A DNA stretch of 57,376 bases from Pelomyxa schiedti. Its lineage: Eukaryota > Protista > Evosea. The notes under the pieces are model-generated. The model ran no database searches, was not told the DNA's origin, and was given only the letters and a program-made list of their open reading frames with translations. A program made the translations under genes and the position numbers. Location: assembly GCA_020536535.1 (NCBI GenBank), contig JAHLWZ010000120.1, positions 1-57,376 on the forward strand. The letters are read 5' to 3'. Positions 47,457 to 57,376 of the stretch are shown here, one piece after another. Positions within the stretch are counted from its first letter, which is position 1, and each line of letters begins with the position of its first letter.

Positions 47457-49736
47457 TCAGCCAAGCCACATCCTGAACTCAGTATCGTTGTATAACCTGT
47501 CCTCAACCATTTGAAACTGGCAGCGAATTTCTTCGATGGTGATTCTGAATTTGTGCATTGTGAATGCGGCGACTGAAGGGGAATTGACAGCAACGAGCAT
47601 GAAGTGCTTCCGTATCACATCCGCGTCAATCCTTGGGAATTTGTGCAGAATCATCTTCCACGTTTGCAGGTCGATGTCAACGCTGTTTCCACGAGAAGTC
47701 GGCAACCAGAACCGGATCATATCAATCACCTGTTTGTTTGTTGAGGTCAGAGGGTGCAATGTGTGTTTGTTTTGTTTTGTTCCGTTTTGTTGAGGTCAGA
47801 GAGTGCCGTGTGCGTGTGTTTTTGGTGTGTGTTTTCACAAACACACCTCATCAAGGGTGATTCCAAAGGAATCGATGAGCCACTCAAAACAGTTGATTTT
47901 CTTCCTCCGGAGAAGGCAGAAGAGAAGACTGTTGTGATTCAATTTGATGTCTGTGTCTTCAAGGTGGAACTGCATGATGAACCACTTGACCGTTTTTCCT
48001 GACGTGGGCAAGAATGAATCAGCAGTTATGAGGTTTGTGACCATGTCTCTGGTGAACAACGAGCAGCAGTCCAACAATGTGACCAGCCTTTGCAGTTCGA
48101 AATTATCCGATTCCACAAATCTGGGCAAGAGAGACCCCAAGATCACAGTGTCTCCGCGTTGTGGTTTGTGTTCTGGGAACACTTTCAAGAGGTGCAGAAC
48201 AATGTTGTTGTGGCAATAGTACAGGGCCACTGCAATTGCCTCGTGAACTGAAGCTCCAGTTATTTTCTCCCGATGTTCCAGGTGTTGAAGGAACCAGATA
48301 AGTCCATCCACAGGATCCTCGTAATCACCAAACTCCCTGCATATTTCAACGAGCATGGCACCAGGAGCCTCAGGGTGCGAGTTCACAGCTCCCATGACAC
48401 CGTAAGTTCCCTCCAACCAGTCCGCAATTGCGGTGTTGTTCGAACGAAGTGCACGCTCAAGGGAGACCTGAATGTCAGCGGGGCTCAGTTTCACCCTTGT
48501 TGAGAGCCACTGTGGAAGACCGCTTCCACCTCTGGGTGTGGAGCACACAGTGAAAAATGTCTCTGCTGTTGGGGTGAAGTTCCGTTCAGTGACGAGCCAC
48601 TCCACGAAGCTCACGTTGCCAATGGATTTGCACATTCGATTCAGGATTTCATTCCTTGGCAAAGTGGGAGAAGTTGAGAGTGCCCACTTGCCGACACTTG
48701 CATCCCGTATGGAAGCAAATGTGTAGGCATTTATAACCCCTTCCGGAAATTGATCTCTCAGCCATTGGCACAGTTCCACGGTGCAACGCTCGTTTCTGAT
48801 CAGATTTGACAACAAGTAACTGCCTGAAGTAACACTGGGGAAGTTCTCAACACACCACTTCACATTTTCAGGTGCATCACCAGAAGTACACACACCAAAC
48901 ATGACTGGTGTGGGAAACTTTTCCACCACATCAAACTCGCTCACCACCCACTTGGCAACGTCCATGCAGCCACGCCGGAGAGCCATCCTCATGACAGCAG
49001 GGAAGACCCACGAGTCGCCAGCCCCAACACCCAACGCAGACGCCAGCCACTTGGCCCCCTCCAAGTTTCTCCACCCGTGTCCGCCTTTCACCCCGCACCC
49101 CGACTTCACATACTCCAGCACATCATTCCTCAGTTCACCCACTCCGTCACTCTCGGAACCGCTTGTCGAGTTTCCCCCTGCTGCTGCAGCCGTTCCAATC
49201 AAACACCCACGCCATTCGGGGACCCGGTACCCATCCCACAATGACCAAGGGAAGGTGCCCCCCCCGCTCATGTGATCTCCCTCGCAACCTCCGCCTCCGC
49301 CTCCGCCGAACAAGGAGCGAGCGGCGGCCACGTTGCCCGAGTCGCACAGCCCGCACAGCACCCACCCCGCCTCCTTGACTGTGCTCCGCCGCCGACGCCC
49401 CCCTTCGCCGTTGTGCTGCGGGTCCCCCCGCCGGGGATGGTGGTGCGAGACAATCCACGAGACGCACGACCCGCTGCCGGCCATTCCCGCGGCCCACACC
49501 GCGCGCGAGCGGGAGCCGTTCTCCTCGGCGATGCGGCGCAGCACGCGGGAGCAGGCGAGGGCCACGAGGGGGAACATGGCCCCGGCCGCCCGGAACACGT
49601 CCACGGCCACGTCGACAGTGGGCTCGCGGGCATGCAGGTACGAGTCGCCGAGCCACCCTGGCGCCACCACGTTGTCCCACACAACACGTGACGTGTCCAG
49701 AATGTGCCTGATCGCGTTACCGCCCTCCATGGCCAT
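47457..49736 (-). CDS. ankyrin-like 'SRVVWD' family protein (B2), 2 exons
   Basis: Exon 1 49736-47847 (AIRHILDTSRVVWDNVV, MFPLVALACSRVL, ALRRGCMDVAKW, ALRSNNTAIADWL), intron 47846-47730, exon 2 VIDMIRFWL...FRMWLG*. Confidence 0.85.
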
Positions 49737-50536
49737 TGTAAAAAATTTCTACAATAGAATAGAGTTCTTTCTTTAGTCTTAGATGACAGAGGCTAAGGAA
49801 TCTCCAATCAGGGACAAAGAATTGATTGCCTCATTGTAGTGGTATTAGTGCTCTTGTAAAAGCACCGAGATAGCTTTATCATCAAACTCTGGGCAGAGGA
49901 AGGGTGGTGTTGGCCGCAGAAAAGTCGCAGGCAACTCCTGTGTTGGAGTCCAAACAAGGAAACCCCAGCCCTAACAACTTCCCGGCGAGTACTGCCCATT
50001 TGTCCCAGCAGTCGAGCAACTCAGGGCGGTGAACTCACGGCAATGGTGTCAATGTGGCCCCAGAGTCCCTGTACAGATGAGCAAATCACAGTAGTTCGGC
50101 AGTACCCAGCCCGGCACTCTCAGTATATGTTATCGGGAAGTGCATTGTGACCCGCTCCCATTTGAAAGATAAAAAAGCTATCCATTTTTCATTATGGGGC
50201 TGAAGGAAAGGAGAAAATGTACCGGTTGGGTTTTTTTGAGGAAAATTCACAGCCACTGCTGAGCGGCATTTCCTATTGGTACTGCACTTCATCCCCTTAA
50301 TGGATTCCAGAGGCAGTAAAATAAAACATTTGCGTGAAGCTACTTCGTAATGAATCTTTTCTTAGCCTCATTTTCAAGAGAGTTTATGTGTAGGAGTCTT
50401 ATGCATACGTTTTACAGAAGCTTGTAAGTCAACAGAAGTTGTGAATCTCTATTTGTACTACAAGGATAACAGCAAGCCATTTCTTTCCAAAAGGTTTTAC
50501 TTCTGGGTATTGGATGTGCGGCTGAGAGGGCAAATT

Positions 50537-50636
50537 NNNNNNNNNNNNNNNNNNNNNNNNNNNNNNNNNNNNNNNNNNNNNNNNNNNNNNNNNNNNNNNN
50601 NNNNNNNNNNNNNNNNNNNNNNNNNNNNNNNNNNNN
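50537..50636. other. assembly gap (100 N) flanked by a ~122-bp exact duplication
   Basis: 50415-50536 equals 50637-50758. Confidence 0.95.
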
Positions 50637-51371
50637 AGAAGCTTGTAAGTCAACAGAAGTTGTGAATCTCTATTTGTACTACAAGGATAACAGCAAGCCA
50701 TTTCTTTCCAAAAGGTTTTACTTCTGGGTATTGGATGTGCGGCTGAGAGGGCAAATTTGCTGTTGCACCATATAAAAACCAGAAGTATCAAGCACAGAAG
50801 AGTCAAACCTGTTTCCTCCTACCATTTCTGAACGTGAGTCCGGGGACAGTTTTTCCTCCAGAGTTGATCACTGTATGATAGAAGAGCCACTAGCTTTTCC
50901 TAAAGGGTCTACATTTAGCTCCTGAGAACAAGATTAACTTCCAACAAAGGTTCCAGGTGAAAGAAGAATAACTCAAAAAATGACAGGAAACAACATAAAC
51001 TAAGAAAGTTCCGTTTCATCGATAGAAACCTAAGTTGGCAGGGTTGTACGACTTGTCCTGAATAACATCGTGTAACTGTATCAGCAACCAGAATGTAACA
51101 TTGGGAAATGTAGTTTTTCGGAACTGAACACATGAGTACATACACATGGTATGCTATTTCAAATCCTTGGTGATCAAGCCCAGAACCTTATTATCCAGCT
51201 GGGTCCTGTATAGGTTCAAGGTTACATGAGACGCTTTTGAGTTCATCAACTTCCTTCTTCTTGTGACACTCAAATTTTTGTTTTTGACAGCATTGCCCTG
51301 CATGCCTCAGCTTTTTTCATCCAACACAATACTTGCATTTCCGTTGAAAAAACAAACAAACGCAAAGAAGC

Positions 51372-54110
51372 ATGACAGACAGGGTATTGAATACTGAGAT
51401 CACGTCGGCATCGTCGCAAATGTATACAGAAAATACGGGCAGTGGTGTAGTCGAGGAGGAGACACGTGACGGATCAGAGCGAGCTCCAACTGAAGATCTT
51501 CAGTCAAGTTGCCGAGATCTCACGTTTCAGCGTGTACTTTCAACACTCCGTGGACATCTACATGATGACGATCTACGCTTTGCAGGCGATTTCACTATTT
51601 TTAATGTATCCTCCTCTCTGGTCATTAAAGTTAATTTTTAATTCAAACCTAGCTGGCCCATGCCCTCACAGGAGATACGATAAATCTGAAGCAGTTTCTG
51701 GTCAAGTAAATTCCATGATTGTTTGTTGTTTGTGTTCTAATATATGGTTTCCATGAAGCCTACGTGATGCAAATCTGTTGTCTTCATCAATGACAGAAGT
51801 TCTGGAAAAGACCTTTCAACAGAGGGTTTATAGGCAGATTATTCTTTTACTTTCCACTGATCATAACTAATTCTATTACTTGAGGTTTCTGAATTGGTGC
51901 ACCCGAACCTTTGATTCCAGAGGAATTCGTGATCTAGTGAGGACTGTGTACCTCGGCAAAAACGCTCAGATTCAGGTTGCTGAAGGCATGGAGCCGTATA
52001 TTTTCTTCCCGAAATGTTCTCCCGGTAAACCCTATTTCAATTACTTTTGGCAAACTTTGCTTACCTGGAATAAATAAACAGAGTGCCAGATTGTGCAGGA
52101 GAACTTCGCAAACCTGACTGAGTCTGGATTGATTTATGCTGAACTAAGGGAGGATGGTTGCAACGTTTCACTGTTTCGTTGGGTGTGCTGGTGGCTTGAT
52201 CGATCTGACAAGGGGTGGAAAATCCCTCATCTTCGTATATTCACTGGATTGCCACTCGTGGATTTTAAGTATCTGGTGCTGGCCAAGTGCATGGAATCAA
52301 TAAAGTTCCGGGAGTTACTTCTGGGTGATGATAGTAGTGGCTACCAGTTTGTAGAGGGTATTACTCGGTTCCTGAGCTTCCGTTTTCTTTAACTCCAGAG
52401 GGAAAGATCTGGAGCCCTGGGTATATCCACTGGTTGCCAATACAGTGCCAAATACAAGACAGCTTCAATTGTCCGTAAATCAAAAGGGAAGAACTGTCAC
52501 TGGCCGCATTGTCGTATTCAGAAGAGGTAATGCCTTCATCCATTCTGTTTCTTATTTAAAAAGTTCATGAAGCGACCAGTGGTGACAGTAATGTACCAGA
52601 CCAAGTAATTGGTATGATGCCAAATGGGGTACACTAAATCCTGAAATGCTCCCTAATGTGCAAACAGTGGAATTTCTGGTCACTGATGCGGACAGTGAAA
52701 CAGTGAAGTGTCAGTGTAAGGACTTCTTTGCTGCTGGTGCCATGAGCCAAGTCACAGGCATGTCCCCTCTGGTGTTTCTTAGTAAATAACCCAAAATTAA
52801 GGATTCTTTGTCATTTGGACTCTTAGTGCTTTTTGTATTGAGGAGTGCATCCCGAAACATAGATCTACCTCAGTATTCCAGCGGTTCCTTATGGTTGTGG
52901 GTTCCAATGGGCGATTCCCGGAGTTTGATCGCTTTTATTTCAATCGGAGCACTGGTATAGTACCATTCCTGATACCGTTGCATTGTTTTCCGCAAACTGA
53001 TTAGGTTTAACAGAGGAGCAAACATATGAGGAGAGAGCGTGGCAAGAGGCGTTTGGCCCTTGGCTCATATATCAAGAGAAGTTGCACAAGTATGAGCAAA
53101 CCATACGCAGTGACAAGGAGTTAAACAATTGGGTGCACCGGTACACTGGCACATTGATTGAGACAACTGCCCCATTACTTCTGAAGAGAGCCAGGGTATG
53201 ACATTCAACCATTCCTTTGGTTTTGGTTGACACGGCCACACAATTAGAATCATTTCGTGGAGAATTTACTTCCCTCTGCGCTCCTCAGGGGAGTTGTGGC
53301 ATTTCTCCCAGATGCAGCCCGTGAGCAGTTCGACGAAATTTCAGACACACCCACTGCTGTGCGAGTAGTGGAAGGACTTGCCCGCACTCACATGGCCGAA
53401 TACTTCGAGTGGGCGTCATTGGAGTATAAGTCTTAACATTGTCTTAAAAACGGGAATGTACTTGAAATTGGAAAAGAGAATCNNNNNNNNNNNNNNNNNN
53501 NNNNNNNNNNNNNNNNNNNNNNNNNNNNNNNNNNNNNNNNNNNNNNNNNNNNNNNNNNNNNNNNNNNNNNNNNNNNNNNNNNCGAGTAGTGGAAGGACTT
53601 GCCCGCACTCACATGGCCGAATACTTCGAGTGGGCGTCATTGGAGTATAAGTCTTAACATTGTCTTAAAAACGGGAATGTACTTGAAATTGGAAAAGAGA
53701 ATCGTTCAGCTGGAAATGCTGTTGCACAACTTGATTGATTGGAATAGGTTGACAACTTTTCAACTTAGGAACGTATAGAATCATATGCTGCTTCACGTTC
53801 CCATTCCACACAAATTCAATGCAGCTCAAGCTCATCTGGCCATCAGATTTACGATAAGTACCCAGTTATTTTGAACAAGAAGGTACAGTCTGGGGCCGGA
53901 AATCTCATCAAACGAACTTATCTTGTAAAAGGCCAGATGGAGGGTGTCTAGCATGGTCCTTTGTTCTCAAGGTGATATTTTTGGAAGTGATCTCCACAAT
54001 ATTCCTTCAACAAATCTTCACTTGCGGCGAAGGTTAGACGTGGGTGTCCCACTTAAACAAGCTCACGGAAAGACTTCAACCCCCATGCGTGGGTTGGGGT
54101 GGCAAAGAGC
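51372..54110 (+). CDS. hypothetical multi-exon protein(s)
   Basis: Successive plus-strand open segments bounded by GT/AG (MTDRVLNTE...DFTIFN; LAHALTGDTINLKQFL; FLNWCTRTFDSRGIRDLVRTVYLG; EEQTYEERAWQEAFGPWLIYQEKLH; VRVVEGLARTHMAEYFEW). No domain recognised and the 3' end is uncertain. Confidence 0.35.
53483..53582. other. assembly gap (100 N) flanked by a ~121-bp exact duplication
   Basis: 53362-53482 equals 53583-53703. Confidence 0.95.
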
Positions 54111-54830
54111 CAGAATAATACTCCCAAAAAAGCACACGTTGCCAGTGGACAGCCACTTGGACAGTATTAGGCTCATCTTGGTTGAAATGGGAACCTGCTA
54201 TCAGATATAACGGCATTTGCAGTAAGAGTGATCTCATCAGCTTGTGGATCATTGTTTTATAGCAGGTCGTCCAATTCTTATGGGCCGCTGATTACGTGGA
54301 ATGGAACACCATGCGGTTCCAGTTCGCTGTTTTTCCTGCAAAGCCATCACTCTATGTTGTACGAGTAGTTCTCACATCCTCCTGGTACAACTCCCGTGTA
54401 CCTGCTACCCCTATGTACTGTTTCTTTGGGTGAGTTTCGCGTTTTCGTGTTTCGTTTTGTGGGGTTTTCCCCATGGTTGCTTTTACTTATATACTTGCAG
54501 TGTTTACAAAATCCTCTGGTGTACTTTGCGAAACCGTCGCACTTTGTTTGTGTTTCGTAAACACTTACTTGGGTATCTGGTGTTGTATAACATCTGTTAG
54601 TTACTCTTGAGAATACGATGATACCTTGTGTTGGTTCTGATTTCATCCCGGGCGCGTCACTGATGGCTGGGTAACAAGGAGAGGATAAACCCCTTTGTTT
54701 GAGTTCTTCAATTTGAAGTTGTTGTTGGAACGAAGGAAAATCGGCCAAAGCAAAAAGGACAGATTTTCTCTGTCGCTTGTAAACAGTGGAGTGCTTCAAG
54801 AAAAGAAATTTTATTGCGTTTTTTGATCCA

Positions 54831-57074
54831 TCAGCTTCCGTTTTCTGACCCTACACTCAAACCAAGCCACATTCTGAGCTCAGGTGTGAGCCGTGCCCCG
54901 CTTTCTGACCTTTCATAGTCTCCTCCACATCCATCAAACTGACAGCGAATCTCCTCGATGGTGATGCCGAATTTGTGCATGGTGAACGTGGCGACTGACG
55001 GAGAATTTACAGCAACCAGCATGAAGTGCTTCCGTATCACATCCGCGTCTATCTTCGAGAATTTTCTCAGGATCATCTTCCATGTCTCCAGGTCAATGAC
55101 AAAGCTGTTTCCCCGTGACGGGCGCAAACGGTTCCCAAACATATCAATGACCTATTTGTGGATAAAGTCAGAAGTTACTGATGCATTTTGGTGTGTTGGC
55201 ACTGCACTCACCTCATCAAGAGTGATTTCAAAGGAATCAATGAGCCATTCTACGCAACTCGGTTTCTTTCTCGTGATAAGGTTGAAGAGAAGGCTGTTGT
55301 GATTCTGTTTGATGTGCGTCCCTTCAAGGCGGAACAGTGCGATTGCCCGCTTCACGCATTTGCTTGACCAGGGCCGAAATGCTGGGTGGGTCATGCACTT
55401 TGTGACCATCTCTCTTGTGAATAACGAGCAGTCAAACAAAGCCTCCAGACTTCGCAGTTTGACTTGATCCCCTTTCAGAAATATCTTCAAAATAGACTCC
55501 AATAACTGCCTGTCTTCTTCTTGCGGTTTGTATTTGGGAAACACCTCCAGAAGTTGCAGTGCAAAGTTAACACGACAGTACTTCAGCGTCGCTAAAAATG
55601 CCCCGCGAACTGAAGCTGCAGATATTTGCTCTGGATGTGGGATGTGCTGAAGGAACCAGTGCAGTCCATCCACCCCGCCTGTGAAATAACCTAAATCCTC
55701 ACACATTCTAACAAGCATGGCACCAGGAGCCTCAGGGCGCGAATTCACAGCTCCCATGACGCCGTAAGTGCTCTCCAACCAGTCCGCAATTGCGGTGTTG
55801 TTCGCATGAAGTGCATGCTCAAGGGAGAGCTGAATGTCAGCAGGGTCCAGTTTCACTTTCGTTGAGAGCCACTGTGGAAGAGCGCATCCACCTTGGCTTG
55901 TGGAGCACACAGATACAAACGTTGTAGCTGTTGGGGTGAAGTTCCGTTCAGTGATGAGCCACTCCACGAAGCTAATGTCCTGAATGCATCTGCACATTTC
56001 GTTCAGAGTTGCTTCACCAGCCTCAATGGGAAAAGCTGAAAGTGCCCACTTTCCAATATTTACACTTCTTATTGAAGCCAAGGTATAGTCGATAATTGAC
56101 TCTTCTGGAAAATGGTTTTTCAGCCATTGGCACAGTTCCACAGTACTGCGTTCATTCCTCATCACAGTTGACAACAGGTGACCGCCTGTAGAAAGGGTCG
56201 GGAAGGTCTCAACAAACCACTTCACATTTTCTGGTGCGTGACCAGAGCCACACCTACTAGCCAAGTGACTTTGACTCGTGGGTGAAGGAAACTTTGTCGC
56301 CAAATTAAACTCACTCATCAACCACCCCGCAACCTCCGTCGCGCCGTACCAGAGAGCCAATCTAAGACTCGCCAGAAAGACCCACGAGTCATCAGCCCCA
56401 ACACGCAATGCAGACACAAGCCACTTCACAGACTCGAGGTGCTTCCACCCGCGGCCACTCACGCCACCCCCTGACTTCACATACTCCAGAACATCGTTCC
56501 TCAGTTCACTCACATCAGTCTCGGAACCTATTATGGGTGTGTTTGCCGCTGTAGCGGTTCCGTCCAAGTCCCGGCACCATTCAGGGACCCTGTAACCATC
56601 CCACAATGACCAAGGGAAGGTGCCCCCGCCGCTCATGTTATCTCCCTCGCCACCGCCGAACAAGGAGCGAGCGGCGGCCACGTCGCCCGAGTCGCACAGC
56701 CCGCACAGCACCCACCCCGCCTCCTTGACTGTGCTGAGCCGGCGCCTGCGGGTGCCCTCGCGCGAGTCCCGCGCGTGGTGGGCGACGATCCACGAGACGC
56801 ACGACCCGCTGCCCGCCTTGGCCGCGACCCACAGTGCGTGGTAGTGCGAGCGGCCGCCGTTGAGGGTGCGGCGCAGGACGCGGGAGCAGGCGAGGGCCAC
56901 GAGGGGGAACATGGCCCCGGCTGTGCGGAACACGTCCAGGCTCTTCGCCCCGGGTTCCTGCGGGAGCGACGAAGAGGTTTCGAGCCACCCTGGGGCCACC
57001 ACGTTGTCCCACACCACCCTCGAAGTGTCCAGAATGTGCCTGGTTGCGCTACCGTGTATGTCGTTTGCGGTCAT
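54831..57074 (-). CDS. ankyrin-like 'SRVVWD' family protein (B3), 2 exons
   Basis: MTANDIHGSATRHILDTSRVVWDNVV...; intron after ITLDE; last exon VIDMFGNRL...LETWKMILRKFSKIDADVIRKHFMLVAVNSPSVA...*. Same structure as B2. Confidence 0.85.
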
Positions 57075-57265
57075 TCGTCGAAATCACAGAAGGGCGAAGA
57101 AAAAATGTCACATCTCCTGGTTAGGCCAAAAATTTTCCTGAACCAGAGGGTCAATCCCCTGACTTTTTATGTCAGGTCTCTGGTCAGTGACCGGGCAGGC
57201 AAACCAGCCGGTTGTTTGCAGTTTGATCTTACCCGCCATTCTTCTTTTTCTCCGGACTTCCTGTG

Positions 57266-57376
57266 ATGGCAGCAGCAGGTATGACACCGACGATTCGGGC
57301 AGCGATCGACGCACGCTCTCAATTCATTGCGTTTGCGTGCGCGTCGATTGGCAGGTGCGGAGCGCGCAGTCCCGCG
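57266..57376 (+). CDS. 'RCG-SP motif' family protein (D4), 5' end only
   Basis: MAAAGMTPTIRAAIDARSQFIAFACASIGRCGARSP..., identical to the start of D2; runs off the window. Confidence 0.85.
   Translation, partial: MAAAGMTPTIRAAIDARSQFIAFACASIGRCGARSPA

Noticed and set aside
47730-47846. Duplicated tttgttgaggtcagag motif in the B2 intron
   Set aside because: Small local slippage duplication in a low-complexity intron.
50415-50758. ~122-bp exact direct repeat
   Set aside because: The two copies directly flank a 100-N gap and have k-mer-like length, typical of an unmerged contig overlap.
53362-53703. ~121-bp exact direct repeat
   Set aside because: Same gap-flanking assembly artefact.
1-57376. 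Prokaryotic or viral origin of the contig, or a CRISPR/defence island
   Set aside because: Spliceosomal introns and eukaryotic RPS18, ARF, RCC1 and TKL genes are present; no repeat-spacer array, cas gene, capsid or polymerase was seen.

Overview
Intron-containing eukaryotic genomic scaffold (GT-AG introns mostly 45-250 nt, five ~100-N gaps, no operons, rRNA, tRNA or CRISPR seen). The lineage-specific families resemble, from memory only and unverified, those of the anaerobic amoeba Pelomyxa (Archamoebae). The window mixes (i) housekeeping RPS18 copies, (ii) two fast-evolving families undergoing birth-and-death: an 'R-CG-x2-SP' N-terminal-motif family (9 loci) and an 'SR(V/L)VWD' ankyrin-like family (5 loci, 2 pseudogenes, one of them chimeric), partly arranged as an inverted paralogous block, and (iii) unusual multidomain genes that only appear after manual splicing. 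These are a bacterial-type RavA/MoxR AAA+ ATPase fused to a complete C-terminal LIM domain (15436-17856, -), a ~2260-aa protein with a long repeat/beta-rich body and ~20 TRAF-type zinc fingers (18156-25099, +), an RCC1-repeat/F-box/degenerate-ARF fusion (33106-36153, -), a vWA protein and a MORN-repeat TKL kinase. All domain calls come from motif recognition by eye. No database search was run.
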